A stretch of DNA of 64,000 bases from an uncultured Thalassobacter sp. (GCA_963922715.1 CAWUJT010000001.1:9430-73429); one strand, 5' to 3'; shown: positions 52,704-62,149, counted from the stretch's first letter. The notes: generated from the letters alone by a model not told the origin. Numbers and translations are program-made.

Positions 52704-52780
52704 TGGTACCGCCTCCCCGGCTTGAACGGGGGACCTCTGGATCCACAATCCAGCGCTCTAACCAACTGAGCTAAGGCGGC
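52704..52780 (-). tRNA. tRNA-His (anticodon GTG) lacking a genome-encoded G-1, with a G1:U72 pair, A73, and an encoded CCA
   Basis: The reverse complement is GCCGCCTTAGCTCAGTTGGTTAGAGCGCTGGATTGTGGATCCAGAGGTCCCCCGTTCAAGCCGGGGAGGCGGTACCA. It folds as a 7/4/5/5-bp cloverleaf with anticodon loop TTGTGGA. The base 5' of position 1 is T. Confidence 0.93.
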
Positions 52781-52857
52781 ACGCGAAGTTGTCTAGCTTT
52801 GGGCTCTTGCGATTGCAAGTCTCATTCGTTACAGACCTTTGGCTTGAGGAGTACAAG

Positions 52858-53043
52858 ATGGGTATAAATGACGACAGTGACATCGCTGCCAACCTGCAAA
52901 TCGGTCCCACGACAGAAGGCATGGTGCGGATTTATGTGGAAAGTGACACGGTTTCATTGCCGATGGATTTCGAGCCGGAGGAAGCCCTCGAGATTGCCGA
53001 AGAAATCCGCAGCGCAGCCCTCACAATCACCGGAAAGAGATAG
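52858..53043 (+). CDS. Small acidic hypothetical protein (61 aa)
   Basis: MGINDDSDIAANLQIGPTTEGMVRIYVESDTVSLPMDFEPEEALEIAEEI... A GAGGAG Shine-Dalgarno sequence lies 6 nt upstream of the ATG at 52858. Confidence 0.5.
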   Translation: MGINDDSDIAANLQIGPTTEGMVRIYVESDTVSLPMDFEPEEALEIAEEIRSAALTITGKR

Positions 53044-53052
53044 TCAGCATCT

Positions 53053-54384
53053 TCAGTCCTTCAGCTCAAGAATGCCGTGTAGCTGAGAGAAACTTTCCTC
53101 AATAGATTGCGGTCCTGGTTGGCCAAATAAACCGTCAAGTTTATCTTGCGCGCGTATTGCAGCATCAATTTTTAGATCGCTGCCGCTTACATAAAGTCCG
53201 GATTGTATCATCAGCTCGGCACGTTCATAGGTGCTCAGCAAGTGACGCGCTTGTGTCAGAAGTGTGTTTTCCTCGGGCGTCGCAACCCCAGGCAGTGCGC
53301 GCGAGACAGAGCGCAAAACATCAATCGCCGGGTAGCGGCCACGTTCTGCGATACTCCGGCTCAGCACCACATGGCCATCGATAAGCCCCCGCAAAATGTC
53401 TGCAACAGGTTCTTCCATATCGGATCCCGCCACAAGGACAGAGAAAACGGCTGTGATGTCGCCTGTTGCGCCCGTACCACCTGGCCCCGCGCGTTCAACA
53501 ATCTGTGCCAAGGCATGTGTCAGACTGGATGGAAAGCCGTTGAGGTTTGCCGCCTCGCCCGAGGCCACGGCCACTTCCCGGTGCGCTTCAGCGAACCGTG
53601 TGATACTGTCGGCAAGAAACAGAACATGGGCACCCTGATCTCGAAAAAATTCCGCCACAGTGATCGCAAGTTCAATCGCTTTGCGTCGAATGCCAGGGGC
53701 TTGGTCAGATGTCGCGACAATGACAACCGTCCGTTTCAGGGCCTCTTCGCCTAAGATCGTGTGCAGAAACTCCCCCACTTCCCGACCCCGTTCGCCAATC
53801 AAAGCAACCACGGTCACATCGGTTTCAACGTGCCGGGCAAGGCTGCCAAGAAGCGTGGACTTACCGACCCCTGATCCCGCGAATAATCCAATCCTTTGAC
53901 CACGGGCCAGCGGCAAGAACATATCCATGACCGGAAGCCCCGTTTCAATCCGGTCCCCCATAGGGCGACGGGTGTGCGCCGGTGGTGGCGGAGCTGAGAG
54001 CGTGACTGTGTCAGCACCCGGCCAAAGAGGCCGTCTATCCAGCGGCTCCCCAAAAGGATTGATCACACGTCCCAGCCAACTGCGATCGGGGGCGATGCGT
54101 GGCAGCCCGATCCACCGCACGGGCGCTTTCAAAGGGATGCCGGTGAGCGGCGCGAAAGGTACAGCCGTTGCCGTGTCCGCCCCAAGCCGGGTGATCTCAG
54201 CCCGAAGTGGTTTTTGCGACGGGATCAAAATCTCAACCTCATCTCCCAGATGGATCATGTGAGACAATCCTGTGATCTGAACAGCATTTCCCGCAACCGC
54301 ATGGACATGACCCAGGTGTTGGACCGCCGTCGTTGTTCCAATACGGGCGCGCAACGGCATGAAGACGTTTTCGATTTGTGTCAT
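53053..54384 (-). CDS. fliI: Flagellum-specific ATPase FliI
   Basis: A 443-aa ORF with Walker A GSGVGKSTLLG and Walker B VLFLADSITR. It has F1-beta-like architecture and is divergent from flgB. Confidence 0.92.
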   Translation of the reverse strand: MTQIENVFMPLRARIGTTTAVQHLGHVHAVAGNAVQITGLSHMIHLGDEVEILIPSQKPLRAEITRLGADTATAVPFAPLTGIPLKAPVRWIGLPRIAPDRSWLGRVINPFGEPLDRRPLWPGADTVTLSAPPPPAHTRRPMGDRIETGLPVMDMFLPLARGQRIGLFAGSGVGKSTLLGSLARHVETDVTVVALIGERGREVGEFLHTILGEEALKRTVVIVATSDQAPGIRRKAIELAITVAEFFRDQGAHVLFLADSITRFAEAHREVAVASGEAANLNGFPSSLTHALAQIVERAGPGGTGATGDITAVFSVLVAGSDMEEPVADILRGLIDGHVVLSRSIAERGRYPAIDVLRSVSRALPGVATPEENTLLTQARHLLSTYERAELMIQSGLYVSGSDLKIDAAIRAQDKLDGLFGQPGPQSIEESFSQLHGILELKD

Positions 54385-54468
54385 TTGCCGCCCCTTTTCG
54401 CGTTTCTAACCTTTCCTAAACGAATCGCTCTTAAAGCGAAGTTGATACAATTTGGCGGAGAACCGCGG

Positions 54469-54849
54469 ATGTTTGAAAGATTGAGCTTGTTTTCAATGGC
54501 GCAGAATATGGCCACCCATGCCGCTGCACGCCAGAACGTCATTGCCCAAAACGTCACCAATAGCGACACACCCGGATATAAGGCACAGGACCTTACGGCG
54601 CTTTCCCAGCCCTCAGAAGCGACCTTCCAGATGCGCCGCACCGCACCGCAACATCTCTTGGGCACCACACAGGCACAATGGCATCGGATCGAGATCGCAG
54701 GACAGGCCGATCCCAATGGAAACACCGTTTCTTTGGAAGAGGAGGTCTTACGCTCTGTTGACGCTGCGCGCGCACACAATCGCGCGCTGACAATCTATCA
54801 AAGCTCCCTAGGGATTTTGCGCAGCGCGCTTGGCCGGAGCGGAGGGTAA
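54469..54849 (+). CDS. flgB: Flagellar basal-body rod protein FlgB
   Basis: MFERLSLFSMAQNMATHAAARQNVIAQNVTNSDTPGYKAQDL is present. The 5' extension in the ORF track (54214) runs antisense into fliI and is rejected. Confidence 0.88.
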   Translation: MFERLSLFSMAQNMATHAAARQNVIAQNVTNSDTPGYKAQDLTALSQPSEATFQMRRTAPQHLLGTTQAQWHRIEIAGQADPNGNTVSLEEEVLRSVDAARAHNRALTIYQSSLGILRSALGRSGG

Positions 54850-54852
54850 GCC

Positions 54853-55245
54853 ATGGCTGGATTTTCCCAAACTTTTGACATTCTTGCCAGCGGACTGCGC
54901 GCCCAAGCCACCCGGTTGCGCCATGTCTCTGAGAACATCGCCAATACCGACACGCCTGGCTACAGGGGCAAAACGGTCAGTTTTATGCCGGATTATCGTC
55001 CCGATGTTCCTGAAGGAAGTGTGCGGACAGGACAGGTGCAACTTGATCAAAGCACATTGCCGCGTATTTATGATCCCGCGCATCCGATGGCCAATGCGGA
55101 CGGGTATTATGACGGCTCAAACGTTAATTTGATGCTCGAACTCGCCGATGCGCGTGAGGCGCAGCGATCTTACGAGGCCAGCCTCAAAATGTTTGAGCAA
55201 ACGCGCCGGATGTCCTCGGCGATTATGGAAATTCTGAAAAGATAG
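54853..55245 (+). CDS. flgC: Flagellar basal-body rod protein FlgC
   Basis: A 130-aa ORF with SGLRAQATRLRHVSENIANTDTPGYR and C-terminal ASLKMFEQTRRM. Confidence 0.92.
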   Translation: MAGFSQTFDILASGLRAQATRLRHVSENIANTDTPGYRGKTVSFMPDYRPDVPEGSVRTGQVQLDQSTLPRIYDPAHPMANADGYYDGSNVNLMLELADAREAQRSYEASLKMFEQTRRMSSAIMEILKR

Positions 55246-55254
55246 AGCGTAACG

Positions 55255-55539
55255 ATGGATATCAAATCTACATTGGCGCACCGCGCCTATAGCGAAACGT
55301 TTGCGCCAAAACCGCAAACGAAAGAAAGCAAAGAGGCCGACTTTACGCAAATCGCCCAAAGTTTTGCCGAGACTGTGCAACGGGGTGAGGCACAAGCCAA
55401 AGCGGCGCTTACAACACAAGCCGATCCCCATGCGCTTGTCACAGCTTTGGCGGAAACAAAGCTGGCTGTCGATACGGCTGTCACGGTGCGCGACAAAGTT
55501 GTTGAGGCGTATCAAGAAATTTTAAGGATGCAAGTCTGA
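55255..55539 (+). CDS. fliE: Flagellar hook-basal body complex protein FliE
   Basis: A 94-aa ORF with C-terminal AVDTAVTVRDKVVEAYQEILRMQV. Confidence 0.88.
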   Translation: MDIKSTLAHRAYSETFAPKPQTKESKEADFTQIAQSFAETVQRGEAQAKAALTTQADPHALVTALAETKLAVDTAVTVRDKVVEAYQEILRMQV

Positions 55540-55805
55540 TGGATGAAATCATCTTCTTTGATACACTGCGCCAAGCCTTATGGGCTTCAGTCATTGTCTC
55601 ATTGCCAATTTTGTTGACAGCGCTTGTTGTCGGGGTTGCCATTGGTCTGGTCCAAGCTTTGACCTCTGTTCAAGAGATGACGTTGACCTTTGTGCCGAAG
55701 CTCGGCGCAATGCTGATCGTGTTCTGGGCCGTTATGGGTTTCATGTCCGACACCCTGAACGATTTCTTCCGTGTCGAAATTTTACCCATGATTGAGGTCA
55801 TTTGA
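55539..55805 (+). CDS. fliQ: Flagellar type III export apparatus protein FliQ
   Basis: An 88-aa, two-TM protein with GLVQALTSVQEMTLTFVPKL. Confidence 0.9.
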   Translation: MDEIIFFDTLRQALWASVIVSLPILLTALVVGVAIGLVQALTSVQEMTLTFVPKLGAMLIVFWAVMGFMSDTLNDFFRVEILPMIEVI

Positions 55806-56522
55806 ATGTCTCAAGGTGTCTATTCTGTTTTGGCCCGGCAAAGCGGGCTAATGCGTGAAATCGATATTGTGGCCAATAATATCGCCAATGCAAACACCAC
55901 TGGGTTTCGTGCAGAGGCTATGATATTTTCAGAATTTCTTGAAACACTAGACCCAGCGTCATCTTTGTCTATGGGGGCCGGACATGGAAAGATGATAAAA
56001 TTGGCCCAGGGCGCTTTGGAGGCAACGGGTGGAACCTTTGACTTTGCGATTGAAGGTGAAGGGTTTTTTCAAGTCGAGGCCGTAACGGGCCCACAGATCA
56101 CACGTACCGGTGCTTTCCTACGCAATAATTTCGGAGAGCTTGTCACCCCCGCAGGCGCGCGGCTTCTGGATGTTGGCGGTATTCCCGTTTTCGTCCCCCC
56201 CGACGCGCAAGATGTGTTTTTGGCTCCTGACGGCACATTGAGTGCAGATGGGCAACCTTTGGCTTTGATCGGGCTTGTGCAACCTTTGGACCCGGGACAA
56301 CTTCAACGCGTGGGTGACACGGCATTTGTCGCGGAGGCTGGGGTTGAGCCAATATTTGAGGGCCGTGTCTTGCAAGGCTATCTAGAGGCCTCAAACGTTG
56401 ATCCCGTTAGTGAAGTTGCCCGCATGATCGCAGTCCAACACGCCTATGAAATGGGGCAGGCCTTTCTGCAACGCGAAGACGAGCGATTGAAATCTATCAC
56501 CACCCTGATTGACGGGTCTTAA
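55806..56522 (+). CDS. flgF: Flagellar basal-body rod protein FlgF
   Basis: A 238-aa ORF with IVANNIANANTTGFRAE and C-terminal LEASNVDPVSEVARMIAVQHAYE. Confidence 0.88.
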   Translation: MSQGVYSVLARQSGLMREIDIVANNIANANTTGFRAEAMIFSEFLETLDPASSLSMGAGHGKMIKLAQGALEATGGTFDFAIEGEGFFQVEAVTGPQITRTGAFLRNNFGELVTPAGARLLDVGGIPVFVPPDAQDVFLAPDGTLSADGQPLALIGLVQPLDPGQLQRVGDTAFVAEAGVEPIFEGRVLQGYLEASNVDPVSEVARMIAVQHAYEMGQAFLQREDERLKSITTLIDGS

Positions 56523-56547
56523 TCGGATGTAAAAGGAGTGTAATGCG

Positions 56548-57333
56548 ATGCGCGCTTTGAAAATTGCGGCAACTGGCATGGCCGCCCAGCAAATGCAGGT
56601 CGAGGTTATCTCAAACAACCTCGCCAACATGTCGACCACGGCCTATAATGCGCGCCGCGCAGATTTTGCCGATCTGCATTACCAACAGATGACCCGTGCA
56701 GGCTCCATTGCTGCGGCGGATGGCTCCGTTGTGCCAGCAGGTGTTCAACTTGGCCTTGGCGTGCGACCAACTGCTGTATCGATGGAGGTCCTGCAAGGGG
56801 CCTTGGCGCAAACGGGGGGCGATTTGGATGTCGCGATCGAAGGGGCTGGGTATTTTGAAATCTTACTCCCAAATGGCTTGGCCGCCTACACCCGCGACGG
56901 CGCGTTGAAAAGCAACGGGGACGGGCAGCTTGTGACATCAGATGGCTATGCGGTTGTGCCCGACATAACAATGCCGGCGGACGCGCAATCGGTGCGCATC
57001 ACATCGGATGGCGAAGTGTATGTGAGTTTCGGGGATCAAATCCAACAACAACGCATCGGGCAATTAACTCTGGCCACCTTCATCAACGACAAGGGGCTCG
57101 AAGCGATTGGATCAAACCTTTTCACGGAAACAGAAGCCTCTGGCCCGCCAACGGTCGGGTCGCCGGGGGAAAATGGGGCGGGCCTTTTGCGGCAGGGGTA
57201 TCTGGAAGAAAGCTCGGTCGATGCGGTGCGAGAGGTAACCGATCTGATCGAAGCACAGCGCGGGTATGAGTTGAACTCGAAAGTTGTCAGTGCTGCGGAC
57301 CAAATGTTGGCCGCCACAACGAATATGCGATAA
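56548..57333 (+). CDS. flgG: Flagellar distal rod protein FlgG
   Basis: A 261-aa ORF with MRALKIAATGMAAQQMQVEVISNNLANMSTTAY and C-terminal LEESSVDAVREVTDLIEAQRGYE. Confidence 0.93.
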   Translation: MRALKIAATGMAAQQMQVEVISNNLANMSTTAYNARRADFADLHYQQMTRAGSIAAADGSVVPAGVQLGLGVRPTAVSMEVLQGALAQTGGDLDVAIEGAGYFEILLPNGLAAYTRDGALKSNGDGQLVTSDGYAVVPDITMPADAQSVRITSDGEVYVSFGDQIQQQRIGQLTLATFINDKGLEAIGSNLFTETEASGPPTVGSPGENGAGLLRQGYLEESSVDAVREVTDLIEAQRGYELNSKVVSAADQMLAATTNMR

Positions 57334-57764
57334 TGCCGCAGCGTTTCCTTCTCATATTTTTCTTGCTGGGGATACCTGTTGGCGTTTTTGCGGAAACCGT
57401 CGTGGCGACGACCCTTATTCGCAGTGGCACAATATTGACCCATGCGCATCTTGCTGTGATTTCCTCAGATTACCCAGGGGCCGTGACGGGTATTAATGTC
57501 CTTTTAGGACAGGAAGCGCGGGTGAATCTCTATCCCAATCGCCCTGTACGGTTGCAAGATGTTGGCGCGCCACGCGTGATTGATCGCAATGATCTCGTTA
57601 CTCTTGTTTATCGAAAGGGTGGCCTGAGTATTGAAGCCGAGGGACGTTCGTTGGGCATTGGCGGCGTCGGGGACATGCTTCGAGCGATGAACCTTGGTTC
57701 AAGAAACACGGTACAAGGCGTTGTTGTTTCTCCGGGTGTTATTCATGTCAGAGGGGGGCACTGA
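57333..57764 (+). CDS. flgA: Flagellar P-ring assembly chaperone FlgA
   Basis: A 143-aa ORF with a signal peptide and a SAF-like core (V.RNDLVTLVY..GGLSIEAEGRSL). It sits between flgG and flgH, and its start overlaps the flgG stop. Confidence 0.8.
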   Translation: MPQRFLLIFFLLGIPVGVFAETVVATTLIRSGTILTHAHLAVISSDYPGAVTGINVLLGQEARVNLYPNRPVRLQDVGAPRVIDRNDLVTLVYRKGGLSIEAEGRSLGIGGVGDMLRAMNLGSRNTVQGVVVSPGVIHVRGGH

Positions 57765-58486
57765 TGCGCACAATCATCCTGTTTATGCTGGTATTTGCAA
57801 CGGCATGTGCACGCATCGCAGACGTGGGCCAAGCGCCGGAACTGACCCCTAATGGTCAAGGGTATGAGCATTTGGCGATGGTGGCCCCAAGTGCCCGGGA
57901 AGTCGAAACGGCATCAACACAGCACCTCAAAGGTTCACTCTGGTCTCGCGGGCGGATGTCTCTGCATGGAGACCGTCGGGCCAACCGTCAAGGTGATATC
58001 ATGACCGTCGTGATTGAGATTGATGATCGCGCAGAGCTGTCCAACAGCACAGGTCGCAGTCGCACAGGTTCTGAAAGTTTGGCCATTCCCGATTTTTTGG
58101 GTCTTCCGGAACGCTTAAACAGAGAATTACCCGCAGGGGCCAGTCTGGATAATGCCGCGAATGTGACCAGCAGCGGCACTTCAAGCGGGCAAGGCTCTGT
58201 CAGCCGAAATGAACGCCTGACACTGCGGGTTGCGGCAACAATAGTGGAAGAACTTCCCAACGGTGTGGTCCGCATCGAAGGCCGGCAAGAGGTGCGGGTG
58301 AATTTCGAGGTCCGTGAATTGACAATCTCTGGCTATGTGCGCCCTGAAGATATCTCGCGTAAAAATGAAATCACCTATGACAAAATCGCTTCCGCGCGCA
58401 TTTCCTATGGCGGTAGAGGTCAAATTACTGATGTTCAACAGCCGCGCTATGGTCAGCAAATTGCTGATATCATCCTCCCATTTTGA
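57764..58486 (+). CDS. flgH: Flagellar L-ring lipoprotein FlgH
   Basis: A 240-aa ORF with a lipobox-like LVFATAC. GSLWS, GDIMTVVI and ISGYVRPEDIS.NEI are present, and the C-terminus is ISYGGRGQ. Confidence 0.92.
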   Translation: MRTIILFMLVFATACARIADVGQAPELTPNGQGYEHLAMVAPSAREVETASTQHLKGSLWSRGRMSLHGDRRANRQGDIMTVVIEIDDRAELSNSTGRSRTGSESLAIPDFLGLPERLNRELPAGASLDNAANVTSSGTSSGQGSVSRNERLTLRVAATIVEELPNGVVRIEGRQEVRVNFEVRELTISGYVRPEDISRKNEITYDKIASARISYGGRGQITDVQQPRYGQQIADIILPF

Positions 58487-58495
58487 GGCGTCGAC

Positions 58496-58987
58496 ATGTT
58501 TCGATTAATCCTTCCGCTGGTGATTGCACTCATGGGTATCGCAGGGGGCCTTGGCGCGGGGTATGTCATGAAGCCTGCGCCAGAGGCTTTGGAAGCCGAA
58601 AAACCAGAGTGTCCTGAACCGGAAGAGATGATTGATGGAGCCGCGGTGCCCGTAGGGGATGGCCAATCGGAATATGTGAAGCTCAACAATCAATTTGTCA
58701 TTCCCGTCATTGAGGATGGGCGTGTCACGGCCATGGTTGTGGCAAGCCTTTCGATGGAAGTCTCAAGCGGTCAAAGAACATTGGTGTATGATCACGAACC
58801 AAAGCTGCGGGATGCCTATAATGAGGTTTTCTTCCTGCATGCCAATGCGGGCGGATTTGCCGGTGCTTTCACAGATCCTGTGAAGATGAACCGTTTAAGA
58901 CTGGCTTTGCTGCACAAAAGTCAGGAGCTTTTGGGAAATAGGGTGCGCGCAGTTCTGATTGACAGTATCATGCGACAAGACAATTAA
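58496..58987 (+). CDS. fliL: Flagellar basal body-associated protein FliL
   Basis: A 163-aa ORF with one N-terminal TM. The YVKLNNQFVIPV...V..L.MEV pattern is typical of FliL. It lies directly after flgH. Confidence 0.72.
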   Translation: MFRLILPLVIALMGIAGGLGAGYVMKPAPEALEAEKPECPEPEEMIDGAAVPVGDGQSEYVKLNNQFVIPVIEDGRVTAMVVASLSMEVSSGQRTLVYDHEPKLRDAYNEVFFLHANAGGFAGAFTDPVKMNRLRLALLHKSQELLGNRVRAVLIDSIMRQDN

Positions 58988-59457
58988 AGGCCCAAATCCT
59001 GGGATGTGAGCTTATAGGCTTTGCCAAACCCGCCATTCAAAAAGGCCCGCTGCACCCGAAACACATAGAGATGAAAGTCTTGAAAGTCGTAATACAGCTT
59101 CGCCTTTGGATAGGATGTTAGGTAAGCGTCTCGATGCGTTTTCTTGTCGCTACGTTCAGCGGTGGCTTGTATCGTAAGGCGTGGATGGGTCAGCGGATCG
59201 CCTTTTTGCCCCGGCTCTCCGATCAGCAGACTACAGTGTGGGTTGTGGGCCAAGGCTTGGGTGTGTTGAGACAGCTCCGATATCAATGTGACAGGGCTTT
59301 GATCTTGTAACAGGCTAAATCCAATTCTGCTGACCAAAGGCTCCCCCGTCACAGGGTCGATGACAGCAAGAGCGGCAGATCGGACCTTTGCCAAAAGTGT
59401 CTGTGCCAGAGCGCGTGCTGTTTCATCGACGGGCAGAGTTGTACCCTGAGAGGCCAT
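58984..59457 (-). CDS. Pyridoxamine 5'-phosphate oxidase-related FMN-binding (HugZ-like) protein
   Basis: A 157-aa ORF. The split-barrel-like sequence and the C-terminal FLNGGFGKA motif are recalled from this family. Confidence 0.6.
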   Translation of the reverse strand: MASQGTTLPVDETARALAQTLLAKVRSAALAVIDPVTGEPLVSRIGFSLLQDQSPVTLISELSQHTQALAHNPHCSLLIGEPGQKGDPLTHPRLTIQATAERSDKKTHRDAYLTSYPKAKLYYDFQDFHLYVFRVQRAFLNGGFGKAYKLTSQDLGL

Positions 59458-59540
59458 AGATTTTCCCTTTCTTAATACTAGCAGACTTGCATTCTTCTTT
59501 TAGGGTGTTCAAGTCTCTGCAAACCAACAGGAGAGATGTC

Positions 59541-60404
59541 ATGGCCACGGGGGCAAATATCAAGACATATTGGCAAGGCACTTGGCATGATGCGGATATC
59601 CCAGTGATGCGGGCGGGCGATCATGGGATGTGGTTGGGATCCTCTGTGTTTGATGGCGCGCGTCTTTTTGAAGGGGTGACCCCGGATCTTGAAGCCCATT
59701 GCCAACGTCTGAACGGGTCTGCCGAAGCGATGATGATCACACCCACCCAAACGGCCGCAGAGATTGTTGATATCACACGCGAGGGTTTGGCCCGCTATCC
59801 CAAAGGCGCCGCTGTTTATATCCGCCCGATGTATTGGGCGCTGCATGGCGGGGATCTTGGCGTTGATCCAAAGCCTGGTGCGACGGCTTTTTCAATCTGT
59901 CTCGAGGAAATCCCCATGGCACAAGGGGACAAGACAACGACACTGGGGCGAACCCAGTATCGGCGACCCACTTTAGACACTGCGGTGTGCAACGCCAAGG
60001 CGGGCTGTCTTTATCCCAACAACGCCAGAATGCTGGCAGAGGCTGTCTCTCGCGGGTTTGGGAACGCACTTGTCGCGGATGCCATGGGCAATGTGGCTGA
60101 ATCTGCAACCTCTAATGTTTTCGTTGTGCGCGATGGTGAGGTCTTCACGCCGGTTGCAAATGGGACCTTTCTGGCGGGCATCACGCGCGCTCGTCATATC
60201 GCTAACCTGCGCGCGGATGGTTTTATGGTACATGAAACCGTCTTAAGCTTTGCCGATGTCGAGGCGGCTGACGAAGTGTTTTTGTCTGGCAATATGACAA
60301 AGATTACCCCAGTTGTTGGTTTTGAAGATCGTTCATATCAAGTCGGCCCCGTGACACATCGTGCACGTGACTTGTATTGGGATTGGGCGCTCAGTGATCG
60401 TTAA
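59541..60404 (+). CDS. Branched-chain amino acid aminotransferase (fold-type IV)
   Basis: MATGANIKTYWQGTWHD is followed by a class IV aminotransferase body (YIRP, NAKAGCLYPNN, GITR). An AGGAGAG Shine-Dalgarno sequence lies upstream of the ATG at 59541. Confidence 0.8.
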   Translation: MATGANIKTYWQGTWHDADIPVMRAGDHGMWLGSSVFDGARLFEGVTPDLEAHCQRLNGSAEAMMITPTQTAAEIVDITREGLARYPKGAAVYIRPMYWALHGGDLGVDPKPGATAFSICLEEIPMAQGDKTTTLGRTQYRRPTLDTAVCNAKAGCLYPNNARMLAEAVSRGFGNALVADAMGNVAESATSNVFVVRDGEVFTPVANGTFLAGITRARHIANLRADGFMVHETVLSFADVEAADEVFLSGNMTKITPVVGFEDRSYQVGPVTHRARDLYWDWALSDR

Positions 60405-60469
60405 GGCCGTTGCCAGTGTCATCATTGCAGGGCATTATGTCTAGCAAAACAGCTTAAGGATCACGTGAG

Positions 60470-60922
60470 ATGCGGAAGTTTCTCGTTGTTTTAGACGATA
60501 GCCGTGAGTGCTTAAACGCCATCCGGTTTGCCACCATGCGTGCGGCGCGCACGGGCGGTGGTGTTGAAGTTTTGGCCGTTATCCCGCCAGAGGAGTTTAA
60601 CCACTGGATTGGGGTGGGGGACATCATGCGCGAAGAGGCGCGGGAGCGTATCGTGGCCCACTTCGAAGTCTATGCCAAATGGATGCGCGACAAGCAGGGG
60701 ATCGATCCAGAGCTTGTGATCCGCGAAGGACAGCCTGTAGAGGAAATCCTGGCCCAAGTGCGTGAAGACCCAGAGGTCGGGGTGCTTGTTTTAGGCGCGG
60801 CGTCTGGGGGCACACCTGGGCCTTTGGTGACTCATATGTCACGCAATGCTGGTTCGCTGCCCATTCCTTTGACGATTGTCCCGATTGAACTCACCAAAGA
60901 ACGGTTAGAGATGATTTGCTAA
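60470..60922 (+). CDS. Universal stress protein family protein
   Basis: A 150-aa ORF with the MRKFLVVLDDS start and VLVLGA...G motifs of the UspA fold. Confidence 0.7.
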   Translation: MRKFLVVLDDSRECLNAIRFATMRAARTGGGVEVLAVIPPEEFNHWIGVGDIMREEARERIVAHFEVYAKWMRDKQGIDPELVIREGQPVEEILAQVREDPEVGVLVLGAASGGTPGPLVTHMSRNAGSLPIPLTIVPIELTKERLEMIC

Positions 60923-60996
60923 CTTTAGAATTATTCTGAAATGTTGACCTTTTGTGATAGACATCACATATTTTAGGACAAGAAGGAGTGCATGAG

Positions 60997-61560
60997 ATGT
61001 TTATCCAAACAGAATCGACCCCGAACCCATCCACGTTGAAATTTTTACCGGGGTGCACTGTACTAGAGACGGGGACGGCAGACTTTCCGCAACCCGAGGC
61101 TGCGATGATATCGCCGCTTGCAAAGCGCGTTTTCGCTGTTGAAGGTGTGTCGGGCGTATTTTTAGGCCATGAATTTATAACAGTGTCTAAAACGGACGCG
61201 ATTGAGTGGGATCATATGAAGCCTGCAGTACTTGGGGCGATTATGGAGCATTATCAATCAGGTGCGCCCGCGATCGAAGGGGAGAGCTCTGCCGGTCATA
61301 CAGAGCACGATGCAAATGCGGAAGATGCCAAAATCGTTGGCCAAATCAAAGAGCTATTGGATACCCGTGTGCGGCCTGCCGTCGCGCAAGATGGGGGCGA
61401 TATCACATTTCATGGGTTTGATCGCGGTGTGGTGTATCTTCATATGAAAGGCGCATGTGCCGGGTGTCCTTCATCCACCCTCACCTTGAAAATGGGCATA
61501 GAAAACCTATTGCGTCACTATATCCCCGAAGTGCATGAGGTTCGCCCCGTTGCCATCTAA
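60997..61560 (+). CDS. NifU/Nfu-family Fe-S cluster assembly protein (Nfu_N + NifU C-terminal domain)
   Basis: MFIQTESTPNPSTLKFLPG forms the Nfu_N domain. The C-terminal domain has VRPAVAQDGGDITFHGF...GACAGCPSSTLTLK (CxxC). GAAGGAG lies upstream of the ATG at 60997. Confidence 0.88.
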   Translation: MFIQTESTPNPSTLKFLPGCTVLETGTADFPQPEAAMISPLAKRVFAVEGVSGVFLGHEFITVSKTDAIEWDHMKPAVLGAIMEHYQSGAPAIEGESSAGHTEHDANAEDAKIVGQIKELLDTRVRPAVAQDGGDITFHGFDRGVVYLHMKGACAGCPSSTLTLKMGIENLLRHYIPEVHEVRPVAI

Positions 61561-62149
61561 AGCGATTTTGGCTTTTGACACATCAGGATCGGCCTGCGAT
61601 GTTGCTGTACTGAACCAGGGTCAGATTATCGCAAAACGCTTTGAACCGATGTCGAAAGGCCAGGCAGAGCGGCTTATCCCCTTGGTTAAAGAGACATTGC
61701 AGAGCGCTGGTCAAAATATCAACGACATTGCTGCTATCGGCGTTGGCACAGGCCCAGGAAACTTTACAGGAATTCGAATCTCTGTTGCTGCGGCGCGGGG
61801 CCTTGCCGTTGCGTTGAACATCCCTACGATTGGGGTGACAAGTTTTGATGCTTTGGCGTTTGGTGCAGGGCGTCCTGTCCGCGCGCTTTGTCCCGCGCCA
61901 AGGGGGACATGGCTTTGTCAATTTTTTGTCAACGGCGAGCCAGGCACCCCCGAAACGTTGCAGCCAGGTGATGCGCGCTTAGAGGATTCCATCAACATCA
62001 AACGCCATGCAAGCTTCGCACTCGCCCCTGCGATTGGCCGCATCGCTTTACAGCGCGTAAACCAGGAAAACGCCCGTCCAGTTCCGTTCTATGTGCGTGC
62101 TGCAAATGCCGCCCCGCAGCCTGATCGTGGACCTGTTGTCTTACCATGA
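61535..62149 (+). CDS. tsaB: tRNA t6A37 biosynthesis protein TsaB
   Basis: ILAFDTSGSACDVAV and GVGTGPGNFTGIRISVAAARGLA are present. The only ATG start overlaps the nfu stop by 26 nt, so the start is uncertain. Confidence 0.82.
   Translation: MRFAPLPSKAILAFDTSGSACDVAVLNQGQIIAKRFEPMSKGQAERLIPLVKETLQSAGQNINDIAAIGVGTGPGNFTGIRISVAAARGLAVALNIPTIGVTSFDALAFGAGRPVRALCPAPRGTWLCQFFVNGEPGTPETLQPGDARLEDSINIKRHASFALAPAIGRIALQRVNQENARPVPFYVRAANAAPQPDRGPVVLP

Noticed and set aside
54214-54468. 5' extension of the flgB ORF given in the track
   Set aside because: The extension runs antisense through the 5' end of fliI. The conserved FlgB N-terminus begins at the ATG at 54469.
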